From NCBI GenBank assembly GCA_965153285.1, contig OZ229113.1: a DNA stretch of 64,000 nucleotides. One strand, given 5' to 3'. The notes beneath the pieces were generated by a model. It made no database searches, was not told the DNA's origin, and worked only from the letters and a program-made list of their open reading frames with translations. Both the position numbers and the translations under genes were made by a program. Positions 1-13,144 of the stretch are shown here, one piece after another. Position 1 is the first letter of the stretch, and the number at the start of each line of letters is the position of its first letter. The stretch comes from Podarcis tiliguerta (taxonomy: Eukaryota).

Positions 1-801
1 ACAGAATTTAAATATGCAAGTGTGTATAAATGCACATTACATGGTTTGTTTATTTACTTATATTTAGACAATTTATATACCATGTATTTGGAGTGGGGCA
101 GACTCTCTAAACAGTTTAAAACAGCTTCATCAATAAAGATCAAATACAGTACAGAAAATACTAGGGGTGAAATATCACAGTATAAAACACCATAACTGAC
201 AACAGTACAGGGCATCCTTTTAAGTTTCAAAATAAAATATTACACATGACAAGCAACTACAGAATTACAATGAAAATTACACATTTAAAACATAATTAAC
301 AAAATATAATCTAAGCAGTAGAATAAAATTACAAAACAAAATCCAAATATTATTTCCTCAGTTTTTAAACACGCAATTGTCAGCTAAGGAAAAGGGGGGA
401 AATTCACTTTTCCCACCCTACAACATTCCCAATCACTTATACGATGAAAAAGAAACAAATGTAGTTATATTCTCAGCCCACTATGTAATCATCAACACCA
501 TTAACCGTCTATCGGCATCTAAAATACTTTCCACTCAGGTCTACTCAAACACACTGTTACCTAGTGAACACACCAAAATCAAATATGCAAGCTCGATAAA
601 CCAATAAACCACTCTGCAGCCTCTCCCATGTCAGTCTCAGTTCCTCAATCAACAACTCACATGTCTACGCCATGAGACCCAGACAAACCTAGACAGATAC
701 TGACCTTCAAAGTAAGCAACAATACATAAGCCCTAAGTGAAACATTCAAACCAGTACTTGCCCTCTCCACTTCTGAATATTGTTTGAATTCTTTATCACA
801 G

Positions 802-876
802 GAGGGAAGGATTACCGAGGAGATACCGACTGTGCCAAATGGTGAAGTTTCAGGAGAAGAGCAGAAAACTGAAGAG
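802..876 (+). CDS. SH3BGR: SH3BGR internal coding exon, Glu-rich region (EGRITEEIPTVPNGEVSGEEQKTEE)
   Basis: Pyrimidine tract plus cag acceptor ending at 801, 75 nt phase 0/0 open frame, GAG|gtaat donor; acidic peptide; upstream of B3GALT5 as in the conserved SH3BGR-B3GALT5-IGSF5 synteny. Confidence 0.75.
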
Positions 877-1578
877 GTAATATGATTTTTTTTTAAAAAA
901 AAATATCTCTGTATAACAACAATCACTTAAGTGCTTTTTTGGAAGTCATGTTGCCATCTCCCAGAAACTCTGTGTGAGTGCCAACAGTTCCCCAGCATGA
1001 CTCAGATTGCCTGGCTGGCCACCGCATCAGCCTTTGCCAACTCAGTGTCCCATCATGACCCTTGGCCATCTTGGAGTCCAACAACATCTGGATGGCTGCA
1101 GCATCCTCATCCCTAATATGGAAGGAACAGCATGACCTATGAGATCTAAACGGTTTGAACTTCCGCAACATTTCTGCTTAAAAAACGCAGGAAAATAGCT
1201 TGACTTTTAAAAGAGAAAGTTAACAATCATCCAGTGAGCACAATTACATGAGATTTGCCAAATGCATTTCAGAGGTGAAGAAGGAATCCGAAGTAGCAGC
1301 ATGTGAATTTTCCATCAGCAAGGATTTCTGCATGTGCAACAGAATATTCCCCCTCCTGCCCCTGCACACCCCTTAAATCGGGGGCTTCTCCCAAACTTCT
1401 GAAGCAGATTTGGGGAGGCTGTACATGAAGGGAGCAGTGGGGGAAATCTAACTGCAGGACCAGAAATCCTTGCACTGGCAGGACATGTTGGTTGAATACC
1501 ACCCTAGATTTCTTTGGTTTAAATTGATTTTCTCTTCTGCGATGTTACTTGTTTTCTTCTTTTTTGCTCCGTTGCCAG

Positions 1579-1671
1579 GAGATTGAAAAGACAGAGGGAA
1601 CTGAGGAGAATGAGGCAAACGCAGAAGAGGATGCAGAAGCTGATTCTGCTGAAGTGCCAACAGAAGAACAG
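1579..1671 (+). CDS. SH3BGR: SH3BGR internal coding exon (EIEKTEGTEENEANAEEDAEADSAEVPTEEQ)
   Basis: Long T-rich acceptor ending ccag at 1578, 93 nt phase 0/0, CAG|gtcatt donor (weak; GAA|gtgcca at 1654 is an alternative); lies within ORF 1549..1785. Confidence 0.7.
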
Positions 1672-3580
1672 GTCATTTCCTTTTCTTTTCCCCCCCTGCT
1701 TGCCATTTTTGTTCACATCTCTGATATCCAGGCTCTGAGTGCCATCCGTTGCTTTGGCAGCCAAAGCAGCACTACCAACATGTGAGAGGGAGGTATTGGC
1801 AAGCTTATGGGGTGAGCTCCGAGATTTGCAAAAGTTTTCCTAAAATCATTAGGGGGAGAACAGCCCAATGCTCAGTAGCCAGGGACCACTGACTCACTCC
1901 TGGGGGTGAGGGCAGAATAGAAAACCTTAGTGGGGAGGGAGTAATGGAATGGAGTGGTTGGAATCCTGAAGAGGAAACTCTTCACACTACAACATTTTGT
2001 CGCAGGTTGCACTTGTCCACTTCTAAATTTTGCATAAGGATTGCATTCATTCGGGTGGCTGTGAGGACCAACAGCTGGAGGGCGACAGGTTCCCCAGCAG
2101 GGCATCGCCAGCATTCTCCTGCTGCTTAACCATCCACAGCTGCTTTTCTGCTGAGTAACAATCGGCTTCCCCTCACAGAAACATTTATAGTCAGGCACCG
2201 GCAGCTGATTCCGAAGTGTCGCTTTCAGTGTATCTGCCCGCATGCTTGGAGAGGAATGAAAACCATGAGCAGCAGCTGCTACCTCATTAGAGAAATAAGA
2301 CAACATGGAGATGACTCTGAATTCCACTGCAATAGAAATGCAGCAAACATGTAATTTCTGCGAGTGAAAAGGATGATTCTGCATATTAACAGACTTGTAA
2401 AAGAACTCTTTTTGATGGTTTGACCCTGCAGGGGCCATGGAATGGATAAATGCAGAGTCAAAATGATGCACATGTATGCAGAAGGAGGGATCTCGGGGAG
2501 GGGGGGGTGTCAGTATTCTCAATTGCACCTGTCTTCTTTGAATGACTGTCACAGATGTTCTGCATCTTTTTCCAGCAACAAAATCCCAAAGTCCCAGACA
2601 GGTGCTATTTTCTGGATGTAAAGTTATTCACTGGGCAGGTCAGATCTTAAAGGTTTCTTAAACATCTATCCTTTTCACAGCCGTTGGTGATTATTGATAC
2701 AGACACCACTGAATATAAGTGTTTTCATTAAGACATTAGGCATTTATTATGTGGTGTTTTCATGCTGCCCAAACCTTCTTCTCATTGGTGGAAAAAGATT
2801 GCTGCAAGAGCTGGGCACTTCACTGTTTTGTGAGGGCCATTGAGAGAGGTGAAAAAATTCTGCTTTGCTGTCATTCCCCTGCCATTCCTCTTCTAACATA
2901 TTTTGGGGCTGAACCAAAATGGGCTATTTTGGGGAGGCAAAATTGGGCAGGTAAGGGAGTTTTGCCAAATGTCCAGTGGGGGAGGGGCTGAAATTCTCCA
3001 ACACATTTTCCCCCCCTCAAAGAATTGTCTTCTGGGAGATTTTTGGCTCACTCAATGTTGAATAAAATTCTGTTGTTTGTTTATATTGTTGGGTGGAGAA
3101 ATGAGAATGGGAAGGAATAAGGACAAAGCCAATTTCTTCCTTTGTAACAGTGTTAAAATAACACTGAACAGTATATTAGCTTCATTTATAGTTGCATCCA
3201 AAATCCATGGAGAGTGAAATGGTCAAATATTTGCCAAGCATTTTCCAGGGGAGGACTGGAATTCCCCAACAGATCAGGAGCAGCTGAATAAAAAGTGCCA
3301 GAAGGTTATCTTCAGTTAATTTTTGATTCAGCCCTTCTTTGTGTGCTTAAGATAAAGGGGGGAAAGGAACATTATGCCTTGCAGCATTCTTTAGGGTGTA
3401 ACCCAATGCATATTTATCTGAGAATAAACACAGTAGTATGACTTTCTTCTGAACAAACGTGTATAGACCCTCCTGTATAATAGATTCTAGTCTTTCTCAA
3501 TAGTATTTTTTTTTTGTCATTGGTTGCAATCTGATCTTTTTTATTAGTCTGTTTTAAGGGATGGTTTTTCTCATTTGCAG

Positions 3581-3610
3581 GAAGAAGGCGAAGAACAGCC
3601 AGTGACAGAA
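3581..3610 (+). CDS. SH3BGR: SH3BGR 30-nt coding micro-exon (EEGEEQPVTE)
   Basis: ttttctcatttgcag acceptor, GAA|gtacgc donor, phase 0/0, Glu-rich. Confidence 0.65.
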
Positions 3611-5231
3611 GTACGCTCAAAAACTTCTTGTAGTCTGCACTTTGATTTGTCTGCTTGCTGACTAATGTGAAGCATTGCTTGACAACCCTCTTCCCCCAAG
3701 CTGAATCACAAAACCAAGTTATGACTGGCATCTAGCAAAGAATATTTATGTCTGGGCCTGTTTAACTTCTGGGACCAAGGAATTCATTGTAACCATTTTC
3801 TCAGAGCAAAATGGCATGCGCTTGAACTGATGTACCCAGGCAGCACCTGGTGCACCTATGTAACTATGTGGACATTCATGCCTGCTTGCACACACCTGCA
3901 CAGGGCACATCAGAGACATAGGTGTAACTTTGTCAATCAGTCAGGTAGCAGGTAAAGGTAAAGGGACCCTAAGTTGCAGGACCTTTGATAGCTCCAAACA
4001 GACAACCTGCTGGGCCTGAAGCTCAGTGGAGACCTTTTATCCCTCTTGCACCAGACTTTCCTTAAAGGAACAGACCTCTGGCTTGGAGCTTCTCAGCCAG
4101 CTCCCGCCTTGTGTGTTCTATGTGTTTACTATTAAAACCAATTGAGGTTATTTCCTGGGGTTTTCGTTACAAATCTTAACCATAATTTTTTTTGTGAAAA
4201 TCAAATATTGTTTTATACCTAGGCAATGCATCTGCATGCATCTTCTGCCTTATGTTACTTTCTGGATTCATTTTTTCCTCCTAGTACAAGTCCACTGCAG
4301 ACTTAATGCTGCTGTTAAGATAAAATTGGTATTCTAGGGTTGGTGCAAGAGGATTGCTAACGACATTGTTAGGGGCACCCTGCAAGTTTTGTGCTATAAT
4401 GCAAGCAACAGTGACCTACTTCTTCATCTTCTCTTCTTTTCAAACCAAAATTGCTTCCGGAGGAAGGAATTTAGAGCAGAGAAATGGTGTGACAAAAGGA
4501 AGGGCTTAAACTGGGGAGGGAGATGAGGGCATACATGCCCAGCCTTCCTACGTGGAATATTGTCATATGTTGGTATTGGATGTACTCTTCATGGGACATA
4601 ACCTTAGACTGGGCCACAAAAACTGCTTGTGAGTTTGGACACATAACTTGAATAACAATGTTTTGGTGCATCCTATTCTTATATCACTGTGGGGATGATG
4701 GAATTCTCTTGGTGGAAAAATGCAGAAGGTGCAACACAATTTAATACTCTGCTCTTTCCCCATTATGGTCATTCTTATTTATATAACACCATCCATGCAC
4801 ACGAAGCTTTACAAAGAATGAGAGAATGCGTCCCTGTCCAAAATGGTTTACAATCTAGAAAAAACTGCGTAATAAAAGAACAGAGGAAAGGCAAGAAAAT
4901 GGAGGCAGGGTAAATTGGGTAAACTGGTTCCCTTTCAGTTGTGTGCTTCAGCAACACATTGAGTATGCAAGACACTCTGATGTAGATAATGCCTCAGTGA
5001 TATTTCATGCTAGGACTACCAGTGCACTATGGGGCATAATCTACCGCAAATGCCCACACATTAATCTATGCAAATGCTGTGGAAATGAATAGGAGCAACA
5101 CAATAGCACCACTTGCCTTTTTCATTAATTTGCTAGGTGATGGAAGAACAAAGACATGTAGGCTAGATTATGTGTGGTGTGTAGATAATAGTCAAATACT
5201 GCCTTCTGAATAGGGAAAATAGGTTCTAGAA

Positions 5232-5364
5232 TAAGGTTATCATGCGTCCCCGTTTTCTGGGGACAGTCCCCGGTTTTACAAATCAGTCACCCAACAAAAT
5301 CCATCTATTTAGTAGGAAGTTGAAAAGTGTCCCCGGATTCATTGAAAAATATCTGGTAACCTTA
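5232..5364. mobile_element. hAT-type MITE (TAAGGTTACCAG-type TIRs), copy 1
   Basis: TAAGGTTATCA...CTGGTAACCTTA terminal inverted repeats; degenerate 8-bp TSD ttctagaa/ctctggaa; homologous to 9611-9744. Confidence 0.8.
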
Positions 5365-5999
5365 CTCTGGAATAGCTTTTGCTATTGTTTCCTTCTAACA
5401 GATAAGAAAAATAAACAGTAGATCAGAATCTAACTTGAACAATATTATTCTGATTTGTAGCCACATACACCCACTAAGATGACTCTTTCTCTCACACACA
5501 CCCAAACACTAGAGAAAAAAGGCATAGACTACTGTTGGATTTATTAGTTTGGCTGAATTATGCTTCTGCTCTTTGATCATTAATCATTAAATCTAATGTG
5601 GCTTGTCTGCATGCGTTAATGTAGCAAAGAATTCAACATTCAGCTGCATTAAGCTTTTATAAAAGCTTGTATTTCTATTTAGAAAAATGAAATGTGCTAG
5701 CAACACAGTATGGCTGCAAATGGAGTATGCACCCCACCTCCAAATTGAGCTTTTCCTTCTCGGAGAATTACACATGATTTATGTCAGAAAAATAGCCCAC
5801 CTTTTATATAAGGATCTGTGAGCAAGAGACTACGTTCTGCCCACGCACCTTTAAAATTGTAGCAGACTTTGCATTGCAGTATAAGGTGCTTTCTCCCATT
5901 TTTTGAGGGAGCACTATGCATGTCACATTTAATCCACTGTTTCAGTAGTTGCTTCTTTCCCTTCCTATATTTGAATGTTCTCTCCTTTATATAAATAAG

Positions 6000-6089
6000 G
6001 AAACAGAGGAGGCACAGGAGGAGGAAGAGGCAGAAGAAGAAGAGGAAGAAGAAGCAGAGGAGGAGGAGGAGGAGGAAGAGGAATCTTAG
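6000..6089 (+). CDS. SH3BGR: SH3BGR last coding exon, poly-Glu tail ETEEAQEEEEAEEEEEEEAEEEEEEEEES-stop; exon probably continues as UTR to a donor at 6130/6131
   Basis: Pyrimidine tract plus aag acceptor ending at 5999, GAA/GAG-rich frame ending TCT TAG, CAG|gtaatt donor 41 nt after the stop; an acidic tail ending in Ser fits SH3BGR. Confidence 0.75.
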   Translation, partial: ETEEAQEEEEAEEEEEEEAEEEEEEEEES

Positions 6090-6453
6090 TACAATTCTAT
6101 TATGAATTTTTCCTTCAGAAGACTGTTCAGGTAATTTTGCTGACAGCTGCCTCATTTCAGCCTTTACCTGAAAATCCTGATAGTTTCAATCCCTGCCACC
6201 AAAACTTTAATTTGTCTCAAAGGGGGAGTAGAGAATATTTTCCCTGCTTGTTTTAAGCAGACAACAGTAGGTGTACAATCTGCTTATATGCCTTCATTTA
6301 TTTTTCCAACATTGGGTATAGCATTAATGGGTGATAACTAGAGCATGAGCCAATTAATTTAATCCACTTTTGTTCCATCATTCCTAGTGGCAGAGAAACA
6401 CGTATATTCCTCTCTTGTTGAAACTGATGGGGCTAAAAGTGTAAACAACTGGG

Positions 6454-8480
6454 TTATTTATCTGGATTGTTTCCATAGGTTTTTTCATAATTATTTTTTA
6501 TTGTTTTTTCCATGTATACTTCTTCTAACAATATATCTTTAACAATTTTCATATTTCTACCCTTCTCCCCTGGACTTCCCTCATACTCGCATTTTGTTTT
6601 ATTTCCATATTTTTCACCCTGTGTATTGTTTCCCCAAAATTTCCCCAATACATATAGTCTTATTTTTTGTTGTATACAGTTGTGATTGCTTACTCAAACC
6701 CTGGCAATGAGTCCATTTCTTTATGTTGTCTCTTCATAGATGTTGTAAATGGTTCCCATTCTCTTTTATAGCCTTTGTTGTCCTTTTCATGTACTTTTTC
6801 TGTTAGTTTTTCCAGTTCAGCATATTACATAAGTTTCCCTTGCCATTGTTCTTTCGTTGGTATTTCTTCTGTCTTCCAAGTTTGTGCCAATATAATTATT
6901 GCCGCTGGTAGTGCATTCATCTTTATTTCTGCTATCCTTCCCATCAAGGAGAGATTCATTCTATTCCAAATTTCCAAATCTTTCTTAATCTCATTCCAAA
7001 CTTTCTCATAGTTGTCTTTATATAAATTTAAGTTTTTATTAGTAAGCCAGATTCCTAAATATTTGACTTTTTTGTGAATTTCTACTTTTATAATCTCCTG
7101 CAATTCCCTTTTCTCCAGTTCCATCATATTTTTTGTTAGTATTTTTTCTCTTTCCTTTATTTAATTTAAATCCTGCCACTCGCCCAAACTCTTATATTTT
7201 TTCTAAAGCCTTAGGGAGACATAGTTTTGGTTCCTCAACTGTGATTACCAAGTCATCTGCAAATGCTTTCAACTTAAATTCATTTCCCCCCGTTTTTATT
7301 CCCACAATCTGCTTGTCTGCTCTTATGTTTCTGTTCAAAACCTCCAGGACCAGAATGAATAATAAAGGTGATAACGGACATCCTTGTCTCGTTCCTTTTT
7401 CTATTTTGAATTGGTTCATTATCAACTGGTTAATAATTAGTTTTGCACTCTGTTCTGTATATACAGCTTGTATCCCTTTTATAATTGTTTCTCCATATTC
7501 CATTTCTTCCATCACTTTCTTTATAAAATCCCAAGATATATTATCAAATGCTTTTTCTGCATCTATAAACATCATTGCTGCTTTTTTCTAATTTCTTACT
7601 TCTAAATACTCTATTACATTTAAGATATTTCTTATCTTTCATCTGCCTACCTGGAAGGAATCCCACTTGGTCTGGATGTATATAAACATTTAAGACCTTT
7701 TTCAATCTATTAGGTAAAATATTAGCAAATATCTTATAATCATTGTTCAATAATGAAATGGGTCTATAGTTTTTGACCAAGGTCAAATCTGTATCTTGTT
7801 TTGGAATCAAAGTAATATAAGCTTCCTTCCATGTTTCTGGAATTTCCCCGTCTGTTAATACTTCATTCATTGTGACTTTCATTGGATTTACAAGCTGTTC
7901 TTTAAATTTTTTATCATACTTTGCTGATAATCCATCTGGTACTGGTGATTTGTCCACCTTTATTTGATTTCTTGCCTCGGGGATTTCTTGATCTGTTATT
8001 TGTGTATTTTAAAATATTATCTCTTCTTGTTTTATCTTTGGCAGATGACTCTTTTTTATATATTCCTGTATGTTGATTGCCTTTTCATTTCTTCTTTTGT
8101 ATAAATTCTGAAAATATTTTTAAAAGACTTCCCTTATTTCTTTAGTTGTATCTAAAACTTTCCAATTGGAATTAATTTTACCTATATGATTCATCTGTTG
8201 ATTTCTCCTTAATTGCCATGCTAACAGTTTTCCAGGTTTGTTTGCATGCTCAAAGAATTTCTGTTTCATTTTTTTAACTTTCCATGTTATTTCTTCATTG
8301 ATTATCATTGAATACTGTGATTGTAATAATTTTATTGCCTGTTTTAGCGATTGTTTATTTGGGTTTTTTCCTAATTCATTTTCTTTCTTCGCTATCGCAT
8401 CCAAAATTTCTTTTTTCCTTGCTTCCCTGGCTTTTTTTTTTACAGCATTTTGTTTCCATAGTTTTAAACAAGAGAGTTTT
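6454..8480 (-). mobile_element. Degenerate L1/Tx1-clade LINE ORF2 fragment, antisense in SH3BGR
   Basis: Frameshifted ORFs 8120..8500, 7544..7957 (KSPVPDG, NYRPISLLNNDYK, DQVGFLPGR), 7192..7575 (DAEKAFD, GTRQGCPLSPLLF, AFADD) and 6825..7127 (KYLGI, then a jump to the C-terminus, indicating an internal deletion). Confidence 0.92.
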
Positions 8481-8759
8481 TGTAGAATTGTATGAATCAC
8501 GTTCGAGGGGCGTTTTGAGACAGAATGTACTTTTTTAAATCAGCAAAGAAGCTCCATATTCCTGCTCTGATGAGAGCATTCTGCAACCGTTTACACTGAA
8601 GTAATCCATGGATCCCAATGACTTTCTGTCCTGCTTGTGACTGGACACTCAACATTAATCAATATACTCCTTCAACCTGCACCCAGTTCATGGATATACA
8701 GGAAGAACTGCATTTTCATATAATTTTCTATTTATTTCTTGATTACATATATATATATT

Positions 8760-8880
8760 ACCTTTTCTCACAACAACCCTGTGAGGTAGTTAAGGCTGAG
8801 AGATAGAGATGGGCCTGAGGTCACTCACTGAGGTTCATGATGGAGTGGAGATTTGAACCTGGGTCTCTCCAGTCCTAGTT
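8760..8880 (-). mobile_element. Old Squam3/CORE-type SINE fragment
   Basis: acaacaaccctgtgaggtag...aggtcac...gatttgaacctgggtctc, similar to 54805-55060. Confidence 0.6.
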
Positions 8881-9087
8881 CTTTGCAGTCAATAAGACTT
8901 CATGTATGTGTCATATCAGTCTTAATTTTGTACATCAATGTCATGGTTGAATCTCACATGGTTGCCACCCAGAATTGCAGCATCTTTGTTATCTTAATTT
9001 ACACTGAAGCCCTGATGTGACCGAATTAATGTCAAGTCACCCAAAGACTTAATATAAATAAACAGAAGGTATACTTCCTCCTTGCAG

Positions 9088-9437
9088 TTAGTTTTGTGCA
9101 CTTAAGCACAATATATGCTGTGATGGGGTGTTTGGGCGTGTGCATTTTCTTTATTGTGTTGCCAATCAAAACAGTCATTTGGCAGACTAATGCCATCTAG
9201 TGTTTTAAAATGAGGTTATAAAAGCAAGCAGGTGGTCCAGCGAAGCACATTTTTGACACTGCCTTAGTTTTGTGCACTTAAGCACAATATATGCTGTGAT
9301 GGGGTGTTTGGGCGTGTGCATTTTCTTTATTGTGTTGCCAATCAAAACAGTCATTTGGCAGACTAATGCCATCTAGTGTTTTAAAATGAGGTTGTAAAAG
9401 CAAGCAGGTGGTCCAGCGAAGCACATTTTTGACACTG
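9088..9437. repeat. Tandem duplication, 2 x 174 bp (9088-9261 and 9264-9437)
   Basis: Copies are identical by eye except gttataaaa vs gttgtaaaa, and are separated by cc. Confidence 0.95.
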
Positions 9438-9590
9438 GAACATCAGGTTAATATTTTACAGAAATATTAAGTCAGCTCTCAAAAAAGAACTTGGTCAATG
9501 ACAGGAAAGTTATTCCTATTGTGTAAACATAATACGGTTGGCACTGCCTGTTGACTTCTTTTTATGATCAGATACCATTTAAAAATTAAT
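9088..9590 (+). other. SH3BGR: Candidate SH3BGR terminal 3' UTR exon (end approximate)
   Basis: cttcctccttgcag acceptor ending at 9087 would pair with the donor at 6131; no canonical AATAAA seen, so the end is uncertain. Confidence 0.4.
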
Positions 9591-9610
9591 TTCCAGCAGT
9601 GCTGTTAGAT

Positions 9611-9744
9611 TAAGGTTACCAGACGTCCCCATTTCCCGGGGACAGTTCCCAGATTTACAGATCAGTCCCCTGACAAAATCCTATCATTCCGACTCATTTC
9701 AATGAAGTGTCCCCGGATTCATTGAAAAAAATCTGGTAACCTTA
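9611..9744. mobile_element. hAT-type MITE, copy 2
   Basis: TAAGGTTACCAGA...TCTGGTAACCTTA TIRs with a perfect 8-bp TSD tgttagat (9603-9610 and 9745-9752). Confidence 0.9.
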
Positions 9745-12700
9745 TGTTAGATTGTCACTTGACCCATGACTAACAGGGTTTGTAGCTGGCAAACCAGCAA
9801 TAGCTGGGGAAAAGGCACTCCTAGCCCCTGAGGCCACCTGAGCTTCCAGTTCCCCAGTGTTGGATCTAGGAGTGCCACCAAGCTAGGAACCTTCTTCTTC
9901 CAGGGGACCACAGCCCCATCTAGAACAAGCCATCTTCCCACCTCCTGGACTTGATTGTTTGGAGCTGCGTTGGTCCTTTTGTACATAAAGGGGAAGCTTC
10001 AGAACTGGAGGGTAGGGCACTGGAGGAAGAGGCAGGTCAGGCAAGTGAAAGGGCCAGGTGCTTCCCTGCCCTATCCTACACCACTGTCTTCCGGAACCAG
10101 GAGAGAATTGAAATGGGAAGAGCAGAGGCAGCTTCCAAGCAGGTGTAGTCTCCGGCTGTATGTGCACAGCCCATAGGAGGAAGATACATAAGCTGGTGGA
10201 AGGGGCATGCACCCTTGTTGCTGCAACCGCTCTATAGAGTGCAGACTTGGGAATAGCTGCATAGACACTAGGTTGGGGTGGAGGGAGCAGTATTCATAAC
10301 CATGGAAACTACTGTATGTGTCAGCTTTGACAATAAAGAGCTAGCTATCTGCCGTGTGCATTCCTTTCGCTAGGGAGAACCCTTGGCAACATATTAAATT
10401 TTGGGGGTTTTTTGCCCCCACAGGAAACAGAAGCCCATGGCATCACTGCAGTGTGAAGATAAAAGCAATCACTTCCCCTCCATGAAAACACCATTGGCTT
10501 TACTCTCCAACTCCAGATATCGGCATAGATGTCACCTGAGACATCAAGCAGCCCCGCAGGAAAATCTTTATATGTTGTGTCAAATGGGTCTTCAGATCTT
10601 CAGAACTTGATGGCCAACAGACACTGTGGGTCTGACTTTAGGGTGTAGGTTTCTGTGGACAGGGATTGTTTCTCTCTCCATGTTTGTGCCCTGCCAGGCA
10701 CACGCTGACAACGCTCAGAGGTGATGGCAAGGCGGAACGGAACTGGAACCTGCAAGGAAGCTCCACCTGTATGTACCATAATGACCTGCTTGTTTCTAAA
10801 CTAGCCTTTGAAGTCGGTATTCTTTTTAATGTACAGCAACTGAAATAAAGCACATTTCATGTTGAATATCTGCTTATTCCCTACAGGCATTAATTTATCA
10901 CAGTAAATAAGAAAATTCAAAGTTATGCTTGTAGCCTGCATGGTGCCTTCACTTAAGAAAAAGTTCTCTGTGACTGATTGCCTTCCCGAGTCTGTATTTT
11001 TGTGATAGCCCTGTACAGTATTAGATTATATTTTCATTATTTCATTGTTCATGGATGCAGAGAGCTTTTCAACAGACTCTGAGGATATTTGCTTACTTAT
11101 CTCCTTCCCCCCCTTGTGCCACTGAAAAGCTATTTTCAGCTCTCCCTGTGACGTATATTTGGACAAGAACTGCAACTAATCGGTAGATGCAGGGCAATTT
11201 TTTAATTCTCTTGCAATTATTTTGAAAACTGCAGTAGGCTGCGAGAAACTTGCACTCCATTGGGAAATTCTTTTGTGGGAACCCTAAGGAAATTAACATG
11301 CGCCGTCAAAAAGCTCGTTCTAGCATTATGGTAAGGGTGTATACAGAGCAAGCGTCAAAATACCGCATATGCTTTATTGCAGATTGATTTATGTTGGCAG
11401 CTACAGATGGGAACAGCAAGGAAATAAGACAAGATGCATGAGACGTTTGCATAGGATCTCCCAATTAAAAACAATTACAATTGCAGCAAGGAGGGATTGG
11501 ATTGAGACCATGGGATAAAAAAAAACACATTTCTTTTGTGCAGTTTTTCTAATTTCCCCCCCTCTACCACTATTTGCCCTTCTGGGCAAAATGTACAGAT
11601 TCCCACATGCTTCCTGTATGCTTTGCCCAGTTATGTGGGGTGGGGTTTTTAACTGGAAAAATAGGATGGGGGAAAGGGTTTGAAATACTTCCCAATGTAG
11701 TGGCCCTGATCCAAATTGGGCCACTGCAACTGCTGCTAACACTTCAAAAACGTAGGAGTTCCTACTCATCACATTTAGTTTGTCCTTGATTCTGGATTGT
11801 CCTGTTGAATTTCCAGGCGCCATTAGACCTTGGCAGTCTTCTCTAGCTTGGCCTAGAGGATTATGATAGTTGGACACATGGCTTATATTTGAGAATCGGG
11901 GGCAAAACCTGACAGCTCTCTAGCAAGGCAGTTTTCGTGCAGTTATAGCTGGCGTGATATGTTTGTTTGTTTGTTTTCAAATACTAGTTATTGAAGTGCC
12001 AAAGCCTTGTTTAGGAACACTTATGCTTTTAATAAAGACCACAATACAAACCTGGCTTATAGCTCAACAGTCCATTTACTCTAGGATAGTCTCACTGGAA
12101 TCAAATGAGATTCCTTTACAGTAAGTGGATTGTGGCCAAAGGAAAGCTTTAATTCTTTCTCTAATGGTGAAGCATTAAGCACTTTCGTTGAACAACCTAT
12201 GGCAAAAGCATTGCATAATTTATCCTAGAGGTGCTAGGATAGCCTTGGCTTACATTAGCTCTGCTTAACTCCTCCGAATAAACATTTTATTCTTGTTTTG
12301 CATCAGTTGGTGATATTGCAAGTTCCTGCTTTCCGATGGATAGTTCTATCTGTCCTGGTCATTGGGAGTCATTATAGCCCTCAAGTATACAGTCGCTATG
12401 TGTTAACTTCCAGTGCCGGAGAGTATTATTTTGGCGAAAACAAAAGCAATTGTCACTGCCGGTAGCAGGGGTTGGGTTGGCACGAGTTTACCATGGGCTG
12501 TACACTGTCTATAATCAGCTTGAATTGTAAAATGTGGGGGCAACATTTTTTTACAAAATAATAATCTTGGCTATACACTTTAAGGCCCAGGACTTAAAGA
12601 CTTGGTAGACCAAGTGTGACGGTGTTCTAGCCTTTTCCCTTTTTTGTTACACACATTTGCCTGCCTTTGACTTGAGCTACTAGCAGCACACAGGTGCCAA

Positions 12701-13144
12701 ACCAGATTGGCAACCACATTGTCTGTAATGACTGCACTCTGTGTTATTTTGTTTATTCCTCCCACAGTGCCTTTGTGTTAGTGTAAGAGCTGATGGAGAC
12801 TTCAGTGTACTTAAAAAAAACAAAACCTTTTTCTATCCTCCTGTCTGTTTTCATTTATTTTCACGTGTCAAAGAAAGAAACATTCCCCCGTAATTGAAAT
12901 TACTATGGGAAAATCTCAAGGGAATTCTTTCTCTGTTGAAGAGAATTACATTATGTTTGCTTTGAGAAAGTTGAAGAAGACAAGAAGCTGCCTTACAGGC
13001 AGACCAGACCATTGGTCCATCTTGCTGACTTCTGTCCACACTGACAGCCCTGCAACTCTCCAGGGTTTCAAACAGGATAGTCCCAGACCTACCTGGAGAT
13101 GTCAATGGCTGAAAATGGAGCTAAGGTGCATCACTTTACACTTG

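Noticed and set aside
1872-2552. 226-aa minus-strand ORF
   Set aside because: No recognisable domain, non-ATG start, and antisense within an SH3BGR intron; better explained as non-coding sequence.
5784-6155. Minus-strand ORF with a long Leu/Phe transmembrane-like stretch
   Set aside because: It is the antisense reading of the SH3BGR poly-Glu exon.
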